A stretch of DNA of 64,000 nucleotides, from the NCBI RefSeq assembly GCF_009914755.1, contig NC_060927.1. One strand, written 5' to 3'. Shown in pieces: positions 16,961 to 30,630 of the stretch. The position numbers and the translations under genes were made by a program. The first letter of the stretch is position 1; every line of letters starts with the position of its first letter. The notes under the pieces were generated by a model. The model did no database searches, was not told the DNA's origin, and saw only the letters and a list, made by a program, of their open reading frames with translations. The DNA is from the human T2T-CHM13v2.0 reference genome, Homo sapiens.

Positions 16961-18749
16961 TTCCTCTTGCTATATACTCTCTTACAGGGAAGTCCAGTCT
17001 TCCTTCTTCCTAAATGGAAAGAATGTCAAAAATACGACTTTGAAACTCAGGTTTTGTAAATTTCTATTTATTTTCACTACAAGTCTCTTCAATCCAGGAA
17101 ACCATAAAGTGTGCATCCACACACACACACAGGGAGCAAATGGCAGAGAGTCAAGACATAACTTTAAATTTGCTGCATGATAGTGAGTTTTTAAAGTTAC
17201 TCTCCAAAAATACTTCTTTTTATAAATGGTGCAGTCATCATTATGGAGATCATATTCATAACAAATGTATCACTTGACCATTTTTCCAAGTTGATGTTCA
17301 TCTCCTTACTGATTGCGTCTTTTAAAAGGAAGCAATAACAAAGGGAACTGGTGCTGACAATTTCTTGTTCTAAGGCCAACCTGGGAGAATTAATAGAATC
17401 CAGGTCTACCCAAGTCAGGAAAAAAGTGAATTGGTATTTTTTTACTTGCATTAAATAATACATGTATTACATGCATGGTTACTGTATCATTTTTCCTTTT
17501 TTTCTTTTCTCCCTTCTCTCTGTGGATTCTTAACAAACTATGATGTGTGATATTATCTCATTAACCTTTCCTGGCCATTTTAAAACTAAACTTTTTATAC
17601 CTTCCTCTGAGTCATCCCACCCTGTGAATAGCTTCAGCTCTTCCTGTCCATATGTGTAATGGCTAGTCCATTAATTATGACCTAAATAAATTACTCTTTC
17701 TTATTTACTGTTATTACTTCTCAAAAGAGATCTTGGACCCTCTTGATTTTATATCCTCTAGACTATAATCAGGTATTTATGGTAAGATACTTCTTCCCCA
17801 GCTCTAAATATTTAAAAATTTCCCAGACAAAAAATACGTGGACATTTTCCCCTTGCTCTCTAATTTACTCCATGGCCTGAATTCCAAATGTTTTCCTATA
17901 TTAAGACTTTTTATTATTGATAGCATATTGCAGCTTTAAGGCTTTTGTACACGTCCACTCCTCCAGGAATGTAACTGCTAAATCACTTCCTCTCTGGTCT
18001 CAATGAGGTAACACATTCCAAATACTATAGCATGTTTTCTAATCTCATTTTAAAATGAAATTCAGGTATTACATTCCATAGGAGAATAAAGGACAGCTGT
18101 TTTCACAAATATGATATGAAAACACATCTGCCACACAATTGTACAATCCTTAGCACATGGCTGTTGGAAAAAGTTATGTAAAATGCTGACAAATGAAATC
18201 AACACCAAAAAGTAGAGGTATTTATTTTTTAAAAATCTACACATCACATGTCAATGAACCACATATAAAGCTTGAAAGACAGGCTATTTTGAGAAACAAT
18301 GGTGCACGGATGTTAATTCCTTGTTTTACATACACATTATTTATTCAATCATATCTTTGGTGACCAATTGCTAAACGGAATACAAGCCAAGTGTAATTGT
18401 TTAGCTACCTTCCTAACAAGGCAGCAATCCTGCTTCTTAATAGAGTTGTTTCTGTTTATTTTCTCCTTGTTCAACTTCACACTTTGCACCTAACATTTAC
18501 AATCTCCATGTTGAGTGCCCAACCACAAAGAAAAGCAGAGGAATAGAAGATTTGAAACCAAAGTACTTATACCAACCCATCACACTATGTGTTGAAATGT
18601 GGATTTCTTTCCATATTCACTGAGTGTAAATGTTATTTAAATGAACGTTTTTGTGTCCTGGCATGGCAAGTAACTGATTTGAAAGCTCTTTTTCACTGAC
18701 TTTACGAAATCAGTGAAGATGCCACAGATTATGGTGCTTCAGAGCAGTA

Positions 18750-18960
18750 ACTTTGGAGAGAGACAAAACATGAGTTTGTATCTTCTGGCCACTTCCTAGG
18801 CACGTGAAGAAGGTGCTGCACCTCCGTGAGCTTCAGCTGTGTCACCTATAAATTGGGAGTTTAAAGTGTAATGGAATTCAATGAGATCAAATAAGAAAAG
18901 TACTTGGCCACATGGTATGACTGCAATATAGTCTGCAAGTCAATTCTATTGTTGCTATTA
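18750..18960 (+). mobile_element. MIR
   Basis: Degenerate core and tail. Confidence 0.6.
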
Positions 18961-20089
18961 GTGTGATGGCCACAGTGACAGAGCATTATCCATAATGTAT
19001 ATTCCGTCTCATAATGCCTGCTGCTACTGATCATTACCCAAGTACCAAGGCTTTGGAGATAAAATGACTCTGGATCCTCATCTCTCACCTTATACAAAAA
19101 GCAACTGAAAATGGATTAAGGACTTAAACCTAAGACCTGAAACTATAAACATTCTAGTAGATGACATTGGAAAACCCTTCTGGACATTGGCTTAGGCAAG
19201 GATTTCATGACCAAGAGAACCCAAAAGCAAATGCAATAAAAGCAAAGATAAATAGCTGGGACCTAATTAAACTAAAGAGCTTTTGCATGGCAAAAGGAAC
19301 AGTCAGCAGAGTGAACGGACAACCCACAGAGTGGAAGAAACTCTTCGTCATCTATACATCTGACAAAGGACTAATATCCAGACTCTACAACGAACTCAAA
19401 CAAATCAATAAGAAAAAAATCAAACAGTCCCATCAAAAAAGTGGACTAAGGACATGAATAGACAGTTCTCAAAAGAGGATATGCAAATAGCCAAAAAACA
19501 TAGGAAAAATGCTCAACATCACTAATGATCAGGGAAATGCATATCAAAACCACAATGTGATACCGCCTTACACCTGCAAGAATGGCCATAATAAAAAAAC
19601 AGTAGATGTTGGTGTAGATGCAGTAAACAGGGAACACTTCTACACCACTGGTGGGAATGCAAACTAGTACAGCCACTATGGAAAACAGTGTGGATATTCC
19701 TTAAAGAACTAAAAGTAGAACTACCATTTGATCCAGCAATCTCACTACTGAGTATCTACCCAGAGGAAAAGAAGTCATTGTTTAAAAAAGATACTTGCAC
19801 ATGCATGTTTATAGTGGCACAATTCACAATAGCAAAATCGTGGAACCAACACAAGTGCCCATCAATCAATAAGTGGCTAAAGAAACTATGGCATATATAT
19901 ATATATATGATGGAATACTATGTAGCCATAAAAAGGATGAATAAACAGCATTTGCAGTGACGTGGATGAGATTGGAGACTATTATTCTAAGTGAAGTAAC
20001 TCAGGAATGGAAAACCAAATATCGTATGTTCTCACTGATATGTGGGAGCTAAGCTATGAGGACGCAAAGGCATAAAAATGATACAATGA

Positions 20090-20553
<464 letters not shown>

Positions 20554-20557
20554 TCAT

Positions 20558-20914
<357 letters not shown>

Positions 20915-21279
20915 TTAATAAATAAATAAAAATATATGTGGAAACATTGCTGGTAAAGGCTTAATCATGAGTGTACAAACTTTGACATAATACCCATTTA
21001 CACACATAGCTCTTGACTTAGAAAAGTATCATGTTGTTAACTGTTAGGATCTGGATAGATATTCATACCTGAAAAGAACAATTTGAGGCATGTAATCTTT
21101 CCCTAAACATGTGCATAAGTATCATGTCCTTTGATTCACATCTACAGCTTGCTCTAGTGTGCGTTTGCTATTAGAAACCTTTCCTTAGTTGCAATGTTTG
21201 GGATATGCTTTGGCACTAAATCACAGCATTCGCAATGGACAGAAGAAACATAATGACTACATACTTGAAACAAAGAACA

Positions 21280-21400
21280 TTCATTCTCGTTACATTTATG
21301 AGAAAATTAAGACCTGCCCATGGTATGTAGACCTGCCCATGGTCAACACAGCTAATAAGTGGCAGAGATGGTTTTCAAACTCAGATCTACCCAAATACAG
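21280..21400 (-). mobile_element. MIR fragment
   Basis: tgcccatggtcaacacagctaataagtggcagag. Confidence 0.65.
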
Positions 21401-22999
21401 TCTTTCCATTTGCTGTATAGGTAGGGTTTATCATCTGGAATCTATTTCAATTAATGACTAATAAACGTTTCTGATTATTTTCTCAAATACCAGATTAATG
21501 AGATACACTTCAAATGCCTAAAACTTGTAGAAGTGAATGAATTCATAAACTAAGAAGGAAAAAACATGAATACAGTTTTTTAAAGCTCAGGAAGGATAGT
21601 TAAAAATCATTGCCCATATTTCTCATTTTCTTTCTCATTTCTTAATACTATTTCTCTAATCAGAAACCATGATTGGTTTTACCTAGTTGATACGTGATCT
21701 CTACTACCTATCAGCTCTTAATTTTTCATGCAACTCTGGAAATTGAATGGGATATCTGTGCACAAATGTAGATGTCTTACTCTAAGAACCTATATGCAGA
21801 AGTGACAATTCAGACTGATTCAGTGTTATTTTTAGGGATAATGGTTTAAAATATTAACTCCATAACACAGTTTTTAAAATCCTGGTTTAATTCCTTTTGA
21901 AGGAATCTCAGACCATTTCCATAAAGACAAGAAAAATACCATGTTCTACCCTCACCTGGTGTCCATTGAATAAAAAGAAGTTTATTACATCAGAAATGTA
22001 ATTCAAATCATAGCACTGATTTGTTTTGTGCAGAGTATGTGTGTGTCCTTCATGTTCACTTTTCACAGCCCAAACCTGGCAGTCTTTGGTTTGCTCTGAT
22101 TAGGTGTTATGTGTCAGACCTGCCTGCTTGAGCCCCAACAGGACGGAAGCTGTGTTCTCACAATGCTTGCCTTCTGAGTTGGCAAAATCAGATGGTACTT
22201 AATGGAGTTTTTATGAATATATAAGTGATGAAGACAATAATGTACAAACTTAAAATGTCCCTAATTCCAGAAGAATCTGGTAATTAAGACATGTCTATGT
22301 GTAACTTTTTAAATATCCTTAGCACTCCTTGAAACTAAGCCTGAGTGTAGAAACATTCCAATTTGTAACTGCAGCCTTCCCAATTGTTGTTAGGAGTACA
22401 TGAGATAATCATCATAAAATACTTACCAAAATGGCCAGCATGGAGGAAATCATCCACAAATGTTACTCTGCTCTAGTGTGCACAGCCAGATGGTTTGCAA
22501 CCCTGCACAACATACTTGAATTGGAAGTCCCCGAATCCAATAAAATGTTATTAAATCAAATGTAATAGACAACAAAAAACGAAATGGCACTTAACACACT
22601 CCTTATTGAGAGGATTTACATCTGGGAGGGTGGAAGAAAAAAACGTTTCTTGAACAATAATATGTCTCACTTTATTAGACATATTTCTTATATTAACTCA
22701 TTTGTATTTGTAACTGCCTATTTACTTATACTGTGATCTTTGGGTTTATAAATGTCTTATCTCTCTAACCAGACTTGACCTTTTTGAGGTAATAAAACAT
22801 TCTTCTAAAAAGAACCATGAACAGTACCTTCTAAATATTTCAAACTACACCACAAGAACTTTAAAACAATTGTGTGTCTGTATATATGTCTATTTATACA
22901 TTTTATATAGAGTTGTGTTTGTATATAAAGAGAGACAGTCACACTCTGGGTATATATGGAGAGACAAGTATAATTATATATGATAGAATGGTTTGTGAA

Positions 23000-23110
23000 G
23001 TGAACAGAATTGTATCAGAAAACAAGAGTTTGCATTCTGATAATGATATTTAAATACAGAGAGGTCTTGGGCAGGTCACTTAACATCTTTAAACCTCAGT
23101 TTCTTCACCT
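23000..23110 (+). mobile_element. MIR-family fragment (interrupted by MER3)
   Basis: tcttgggcaggtcacttaacatctttaaacctcagtttcttcacct. Confidence 0.7.
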
Positions 23111-23114
23111 AGAC

Positions 23115-23321
23115 CTGCACTATCCAATGTGATGTCCTGGCATGATGGAAGTCTTCTGTGTCTGTGCTGGCCAAGGTGATAATCACTAAGTGCATGTGGC
23201 TACTGAGCACTTGAAATGTGACTAGTGTCTGAGGAACTGAATTATAAATTGTATTTAATTTTAATTATTTTAAATCTAAATAGGCACGTGTGGTAAGTAG
23301 ATATTTTAGTGGACAGTATAA
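23115..23321 (+). mobile_element. MER3 (hAT-Charlie MITE)
   Basis: catgtggctactgagcacttgaaatgtgactagtg...tggacag, with degenerate TIRs. Confidence 0.85.
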
Positions 23322-23501
23322 CCATAAAATCAAGGAGGATGGGACAATGTCATATGAAAAGAAGCTCTCCTGAATTCCCCCGGTATGGGTGCTACCAACG
23401 CAGTTTTGAGCAGAATGATTCTCTTTTGAAATAGTGGTACTCTCCCTTGATATCTTAGGACTTTAAAGTTTAAATGCTTTTTCCCATATTTCTCCCAACA
23501 G

Positions 23502-23597
23502 ATCTTGACAACTTTAAAACAAGAACAAGAAGCACTGTGTCTGTCCGTCGAGGTCAAGGAATGGTGCTACTGTGTGGCCCGCCACCCCATTCTGGAG
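23502..23597 (+). CDS. CNTN4: Internal coding exon of contactin-4 (N-terminal part of Ig-like domain 2, approx. residues 120-152)
   Basis: Acceptor tttttcccatatttctcccaacAG (AG 23500-23501) and donor GAG|gtacat (GT 23598-23599). The phase-1 reading gives xAT CTT GAC AAC TTT AAA ACA AGA...CAT TCT GGA G = (Y)[31 protein letters not shown](E). This matches my recollection of CNTN4 (RRGQGM, versus REGQGV in CNTN3/CNTN6). 96 nt, symmetric phase 1-1. Confidence 0.96.
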
Positions 23598-23620
23598 GTA
23601 CATATAAATGAACTGACATA

Positions 23621-23626
23621 TGCATG
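23621..23626 (+). promoter_or_regulatory. RBFOX motif UGCAUG in the proximal downstream intron
   Basis: TGCATG starts at intron position +24. Confidence 0.5.
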
Positions 23627-23960
23627 CTTCACTCTCTGTTATTTTTCTTCCTCAATGTTCTCCCTCCTGACACCAGCTGAGTGCACAGTGTCATTTATAG
23701 AGATTCCCAAAGCCCCTCCATGTGGAGGAAAAACCACGGTGAATGCCTCCCATCATTAGGACAGGAAAATACCAGATTGTGCAAATTTTCCACCCCACTG
23801 CAGTGTACCTGGCACAAGAAGAAAGACACCTGAGTCGATCAAAATCATAATGCTGTTGCTTGGTAAAGCAGTGTAATTAAAACGACTCATACTTCTTACA
23901 ACTTGATTGGGTTAAAAAAGATGGCCCTACTTCATTTCATCTCCTGGTTGGTCTGGGAAC

Positions 23961-24811
23961 TGTCTGTGAACTGTGTCTACTCGCAATACTTCTGACACCA
24001 AATGTATGGGTTTTTTCCACACTAACAACCAAGTCTCCAATCTTCTGGACACCAACTGGCTGTCCAACGATTCAATTCCATTTTGACAGTAACTACCCCA
24101 TTAACTACTCTGGGATGGTTAGTGTCAGAACTCATAGGATAAAGGCTCAGTCCCACAAGGCTGCCTCCACTTCAGATGCCACTTTCAAGTCCTTGACCTC
24201 ACACACTTCTGACTAACTGGCTATAAAGTGGGACTCCCATAACTCCCTCCTTGGCTTCCATAATTTGCTAGAATGGTTCCCAGAACTCAGGGAAAACAGT
24301 TTACTTACATACCAGTTTATTATAAAAGATATTATAAAGGATACGTATGAACAGCCCGATAAACATATAGAGAGAGTGAGGTCTGAAGGGTTGTGAATGC
24401 AGGAGTTTCTAGACTTGTGGATCCTCCCCACATGTAGATGCATTCATTAACCCTGAAGCTCTCCAAACGCTGTCATTTAGGGTTTTTATGCAGGTTCCGT
24501 TGTGTAGGCATGATTGATCGAATCTATGGCCATTGTAATTGATGGCCATTTTCCAGCCCTTCTCCCCTCCCCAAGAGTGGGGAATGGGGAGGCTGAAAGT
24601 TCCAACCCTTTAATTATTTGGTTGGTTCCTCTGACAACCAATCAAGGGGCCTCACCAAGAGTCACCTAATTAGCATAAACTCAAGTATGGTTGAAAAGGG
24701 CCTATTTATGAATAACAAAAGACATTCTTCTCAGCAATATCACTCGGGAAATTACAAGGGTTTTGGGATGCAGACCAAATATATATATTTCTTATTAATC
24801 ACAGTATCACA
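23961..24811 (-). mobile_element. MER21-like solo LTR, antisense to CNTN4
   Basis: The minus strand begins tgtgatactgtgattaataagaaatatatatatttggtc; internal MER21-type blocks. Confidence 0.8.
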
Positions 24812-24904
24812 GGATCAGACCAAGAACAAAAGTTCCTTGACCATAGAATCTACGATCACTTTGTGGAGACTCATAGCAACTAGATCAGTTAGGAATGCAC
24901 TTGA

Positions 24905-25397
<493 letters not shown>

Positions 25398-26219
25398 TGA
25401 AGTCTGCATTCCAAACCAGATCAAATGGGAAGAAGCAAAGACAAAAGGCAATGATTTGTTTTTGCTTGTTTTTGTCCATTTCAATTTACCTTTATTATCG
25501 TAAGTTTTCTTTGCCTGAGGACTTTGCCTCCATGTCATTGATCACCTCAGTGGCAAAGGAGGTTGAAAAATCAAATATTTTACGCAGATGTGTTATGCCC
25601 TGGAAAATATCATAATTTTACTAGTAAGGGAGAACATGGAGAGATGTGTAGGCAACTTGCAGTGTCGGCTAAAAGGAACTACGATGACTAAAAGGCAAAT
25701 ATAACTGCACATAAGGGATTCAGTAGTGTGGAGGTTTAATAAGTAGTAATATTTATTAGGATTCCACTAAGGTCTGTAATGACAAGATTGATAAACTCTA
25801 CCCTTGGAAATCCAGGCTGAAGTTTAGTTCAATATCTGCTATTCTTGTTATTGCCTTAATTTTCAGTTTGACTTTCCACATGTTTAAAAGAACAAACTTT
25901 TAGATTTGGAATTTGAAAAACACTGTTTTATTTTTGTCCTCTGTTCAAAAGTTGTAATGTTTTCTTTCTCATCTAATTCTGAGCTAACATTTCCAGCAGA
26001 AAATAACAATTAGTAAAGGTGCTAAAAGGCATGTACTTCAAGCATCCTGAATACGAAGGAGAGGTGGGAGAGGTAGGTTCCCCTCTATGTCTGGATCAGG
26101 GACAAGGAATTGTTAGGATTTCTGGTTTTTGAAGACTGACAGAAAATCTAGGTTTGATTTCAGAGGTCTGTGTTTGGAAAATGGGATTATTCTTCAGGAT
26201 TTCATTTTCCTTTCAAGTT

Positions 26220-26390
26220 AGTATCAGAAGCACTGAATTTGGACTCTGGGATATGAGTTTTGATCCTTGTTCTGTTTCAAATCATTATTTGATACTGGGA
26301 AAATATCTTCAAATTCTTTATGCCTCACTCTGCCTGTCTATAAAATGAAGAGATTAAAAGAAGTCTCTCAAATCCCTATTGATTCTATCA
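26220..26390 (+). mobile_element. MIR3-like
   Basis: Degenerate core, then ctataaaatgaagagatt. Confidence 0.55.
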
Positions 26391-27854
26391 ACACATAATT
26401 ATAACTCGATAAGGGCTAAACATCTTGTTTATCAAGTGTGTTTGCATTATTGAAGGCCTGTCCTTTATATGAGAAAACCACTTCACTGTGGACATATATT
26501 TAGATTCAGGTGAAGTTCACTTAGACTAACACTTCTCTTTTTAATATGGAATCTGATCAAAATAAAAATGGAAGATTTTACTAATTTCTTCTGCAGGCTA
26601 CCTTCATTGCATTAAGTTTTCATCACATGGCAGCAACCCTAAAAATTAATCTTGTAGGTATATTAAGAAAAACACCACCACTGTCCGATATAATGATCTC
26701 TTTAGGAAAGGCAAAACACATGGAGTGATGCTGTGCTGCTACGCAATGAAGTACCTGACTACTTTCCCTTTCCCACAGAGAAATAGATTAAAAATTTCCG
26801 TAGACATCTACTGAAATGCAGTTGTCTCTGCTGGCAGCAGTCAGCAGCTCTGAAATCCAGTTCCTTGAGCTGTGCTGACATTCCTGACAATCTTGATGGT
26901 GAAAGACAAGGAAATAAATATTCTTATTATAAGCTCTATTAGAAATGGCGTGCACATTAACGCTGTGGGCAAAGCAGGCACGGCTAAGAAATTTTTGAGA
27001 AAAGAACAAAGAAGATATTCAAGGTTATAAAAGAGCATCTCAGACATCCATCAGTTTTGGACAAGGGAAACAATGATTATCTGATGAAATCCTTCCAATT
27101 TCTCAAAAGCCTCCAATGCAACTGAACGGCAGTGATTCTCTCACTGTTTTTCCGGGCTGTGTGTCACCCTAAAGCGAGAAGAATCACTGTGAGCTGCTGG
27201 ACATACTGAGCATTTTAGACCCAGCATATGGTCTCCTGGTTTCCATTGTAACAGATCATGCAGAGGAAGGGAAATGAGTCAGCCTTTTATTATATCAGTG
27301 GGGTACTGAGTAATGGCATGAAATCCATTGTAAGGGATGCTGCATGTCCTATTTCGAAAGCTGTGCGGTGTCAGACCTTCTTAGGGTAGCAGAGAAATGA
27401 GCAGCAATTAATCTGTTTTGAAAAGCATTTCAGTCAGCAGGTATTTCCAGCACTCTACCAATCACTATGTGTGGCCTCTTTGTCATCTCTTGGTTTATAT
27501 GTATGAATTCAGATGTGATGGTTTTGCATAGATTTTTACCATTAAATATAAGAAAACACCAAAAAATAGAAATCACTTTGATGGACTCTGGCTATCCTTG
27601 GTGCTCCTTCCTATTAGACACAGAAATTATTGAGGTCCAGAATGTCCACTTTGCTTTCTGCCAACTCCAGGGTCACTGGGCACCAGGAATTCATGACCTT
27701 TAACCAAGCTCTCGTTAAATAGGAATAGAACAGAGGAACTTTGAGATTCTTCCTTCCAATATACGAAAATTTCTAGTTTATTCCTCAATAAAATCCTCAC
27801 AAACTGTTCATCAAGAGAGGTTTTTGTTCATGCCTTCATTTTATGTCACCAAGA

Positions 27855-28175
27855 TGCTTGCGACTCAAAGGGTGGTCCAAGCACCAGCAGCATTGGCCTC
27901 ACCTGGAAATTTGATAAAAAGGTAAAATCTCAGACCCCACTACAGCCTACTGAATTGGAACTTGCATTTTAATAAGATCTCCGAGTGATCATATGCACTT
28001 TGAAGTGTGAGATGCCCTGAGTCATAGCTGTGGTTCCCACGCACACCCCACCTCTGGGCAGTGAGGGTTGACAGCTTGAGAATCTGGAGGGAAAATTGTT
28101 AAAACCATAGGTGTCCAACCTGTTCACAAGCATATTCCGATTCCATAAATCTGGGCTAGGGTCCCCAAGGCTGTT
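27855..28175. mobile_element. MER5-family (hAT-Charlie) fragments
   Basis: ccagcagcattggcctcacctggaaatttg...ctactgaat...tttgaagtgtgag. Confidence 0.65.
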
Positions 28176-28193
28176 AAAAAAAAAAAAAAAACA

Positions 28194-28620
<427 letters not shown>

Positions 28621-28678
28621 TCACTCAAGCCGAAGGGCTGAGCATTCCTTATGTGAAATTTTTATTTAAAATAATTCA

Positions 28679-28978
28679 TCTATTTACTTATTTTTTGAAA
28701 TGGAGTCTCACTCTGTCAACCAGGCTGGAGTGCAATGGCACAATCTCGGCTCACTGCAACCTCCGCCTCCTGGGTTCAAGCTGATTCTCCCACCTCAGCC
28801 TCCCAAGTAGCTGGGATTACAGGAGTGCACCACCACACCTGGCTAATTTTTGTATTTTTAGTAGAGATGAGGTTTCACCATGTTGGCCAGGCTGATCTCA
28901 AACTCCCGACCTCAAGTGATCTGCCTACCTTGGCCTCCCAAAGTGCTGGGATTACAGGCGTGAGCCACTGCACTGGCC
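28679..28978 (-). mobile_element. AluS (Sz-like)
   Basis: TSD tt(t/g)aaaataattca. Confidence 0.92.
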
Positions 28979-29115
28979 AATTGAAAATAATTCAAAATAA
29001 AATGTAGTTACCTTAGGCTTTAGCTTTGACTTTATATGTTTTTGTTCATAAAGGAAATGAAAAACTAAGAAAAGGGTGGCTTTTCCTAGGTACTCATACT
29101 CAGAAGTAGCATTCT

Positions 29116-29729
29116 GGTCAGGTGCAGTGCCTCTTGCCTATAATTCTAGCATTTTGTGAGGCCAAGGTAGGAGGATCACTTGAGCCCAGGAGTTGGAGAT
29201 CCACCTGGCAACACAGTGAGGCCGTCTCTAAAAAATAATTTATTTTATTTTATTTTATTTGGGACAGAGTCTCGCTCTGTCGCCCAGGCTAGAGTGCAGT
29301 GGCGTGATCTCAGCTCACTGCAACCTCCGCCTCCCAGTTCAAACATTCTCCCACCTCAGCCTACCGAGTATCTGGGACTACAGGCACATGCCACCATGCC
29401 CAGCTAATTTTTGTATTTTTAGTAGAGACAGGGTTTTGCCATGTTGACCAGGCTGGTCTCAAACTCCTGACCTCAGGATCCACCCGCTTCAGCCTCCCAA
29501 AGTGCTGGGATTACAGGTGTGAGCCATCGCACCCAGCCTAAAAAAATGTTTAAAAATTAGCCAAGTGTGGTGGTGTGTGCCTCTAGTCCCAGCTATTTGA
29601 GAGGATGAGGTGGGAGGATTCCTTGAGCCTAGCAGTTCAAGGCTGCAGTGAGCTATGATCACACCACTGCTCTCCAGACTGGGCAACAGAGTGAGATCCT
29701 GTCTTAAAAGCAAACAAACAGACAAAACC
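29116..29729 (+). mobile_element. AluJ split at its A-rich linker by an inverted AluS
   Basis: Left arm 29116-~29235, right arm ~29555-29705; TSD cagaagtagcatt (29101, 29730). Confidence 0.9.
29239..29538 (-). mobile_element. AluS nested in AluJ
   Basis: Full dimer; degenerate TSD taaaaaataattta / taaaaaaatgttta. Confidence 0.9.
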
Positions 29730-30519
29730 CAGAAGTAGCATTTTCTATTCAGCCAGCTTTCCTACATTGTTATTGGTGAATGTATGGCTTCCCAGAGTAT
29801 ATTTAAAAAAGAAAACCACCTGATTCTGATTCTGCGATTATTTTCATTATTACGGGTTTTGGAGAAACTAGCTAAAATTTTCATCTTTAGATTTTTCTTT
29901 TACACAGAACACATCCCCACTAGAGTTGGATCCTATCCACAGGGCATCAGACCCAGGGACCTTCGAACACGAACATCTGTAGAGTCCTTTATAGTGTTTA
30001 TAGTGCTTTAATTTATATTATATTATCTTTGAATCCTCACAATAATCCCATAAGAAGTAAGGACATGTGTTTCATAGATAAGGAAATAGAAGCAAAGAGA
30101 TTATGGAGGGCACACTCTAATCAATGGCAGGAATAAGAGTTACTGTTGCCTAGAATGCGCCCTTTTATTTGTATATAGCAGAAAAACTGGAAACATGTAC
30201 TGTACTTTCTGTGTCAGTGGTTCTTTGGCGCTCACCCCAGGTCAATTAAATCTGAGTTTCTTGATGGCAGGGGATCCTCTGGCATCATCCAGGTAATTTT
30301 AATATGCAGCCAGGGTGGAAAACTTGAGTCCCTGCATTACAAAATCAAGTAGGACTTATCCCAGCAAAACGTCTCTATATGCAAACCTCTCCAGGGTTCC
30401 ATAAATGTAATTTTACGTGGACATACCCATACAGATTATAACCACAGCCCTTAAAAGAAGCAAGCATGCCTTTCCACAGCATGGTTATTTCAGCTGGACC
30501 ATGCTGTATTTACTGTAGG

Positions 30520-30630
30520 ACAGAGATAAAAGCGTGAAAGTAGGACATCTGTGTTCTAGTCCTAGCTCTCCCATCAACTTGCTATGTGGTCTTGGGCCAA
30601 TTATGTAACTTCTCTGAGCCCTATTTCTTC
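30520..30630 (+). mobile_element. MIR fragment
   Basis: ttctagtcctagctct...tcttgggccaattatgtaacttctctgagcc. Confidence 0.7.

Noticed and set aside
19161-19960. L1 ORF2-like ORFs
   Set aside because: Frameshifted remnants of a 5'-truncated L1PB; not functional. The same applies to 3781-4104.
23502-23597. Single-exon circRNA from the flanking inverted Alus
   Set aside because: 96 nt is short for single-exon back-splicing; skipping is the more plausible outcome.
23505-23759. 84-aa ORF overlapping the exon
   Set aside because: Wrong frame over the exon and a TTG start; the contactin peptide is in another frame.
26755-26900. Textbook acceptor (ctgac...ctttccctttcccacAG at 26778)
   Set aside because: Only a weak downstream donor; such pseudo-acceptors are common in long introns.
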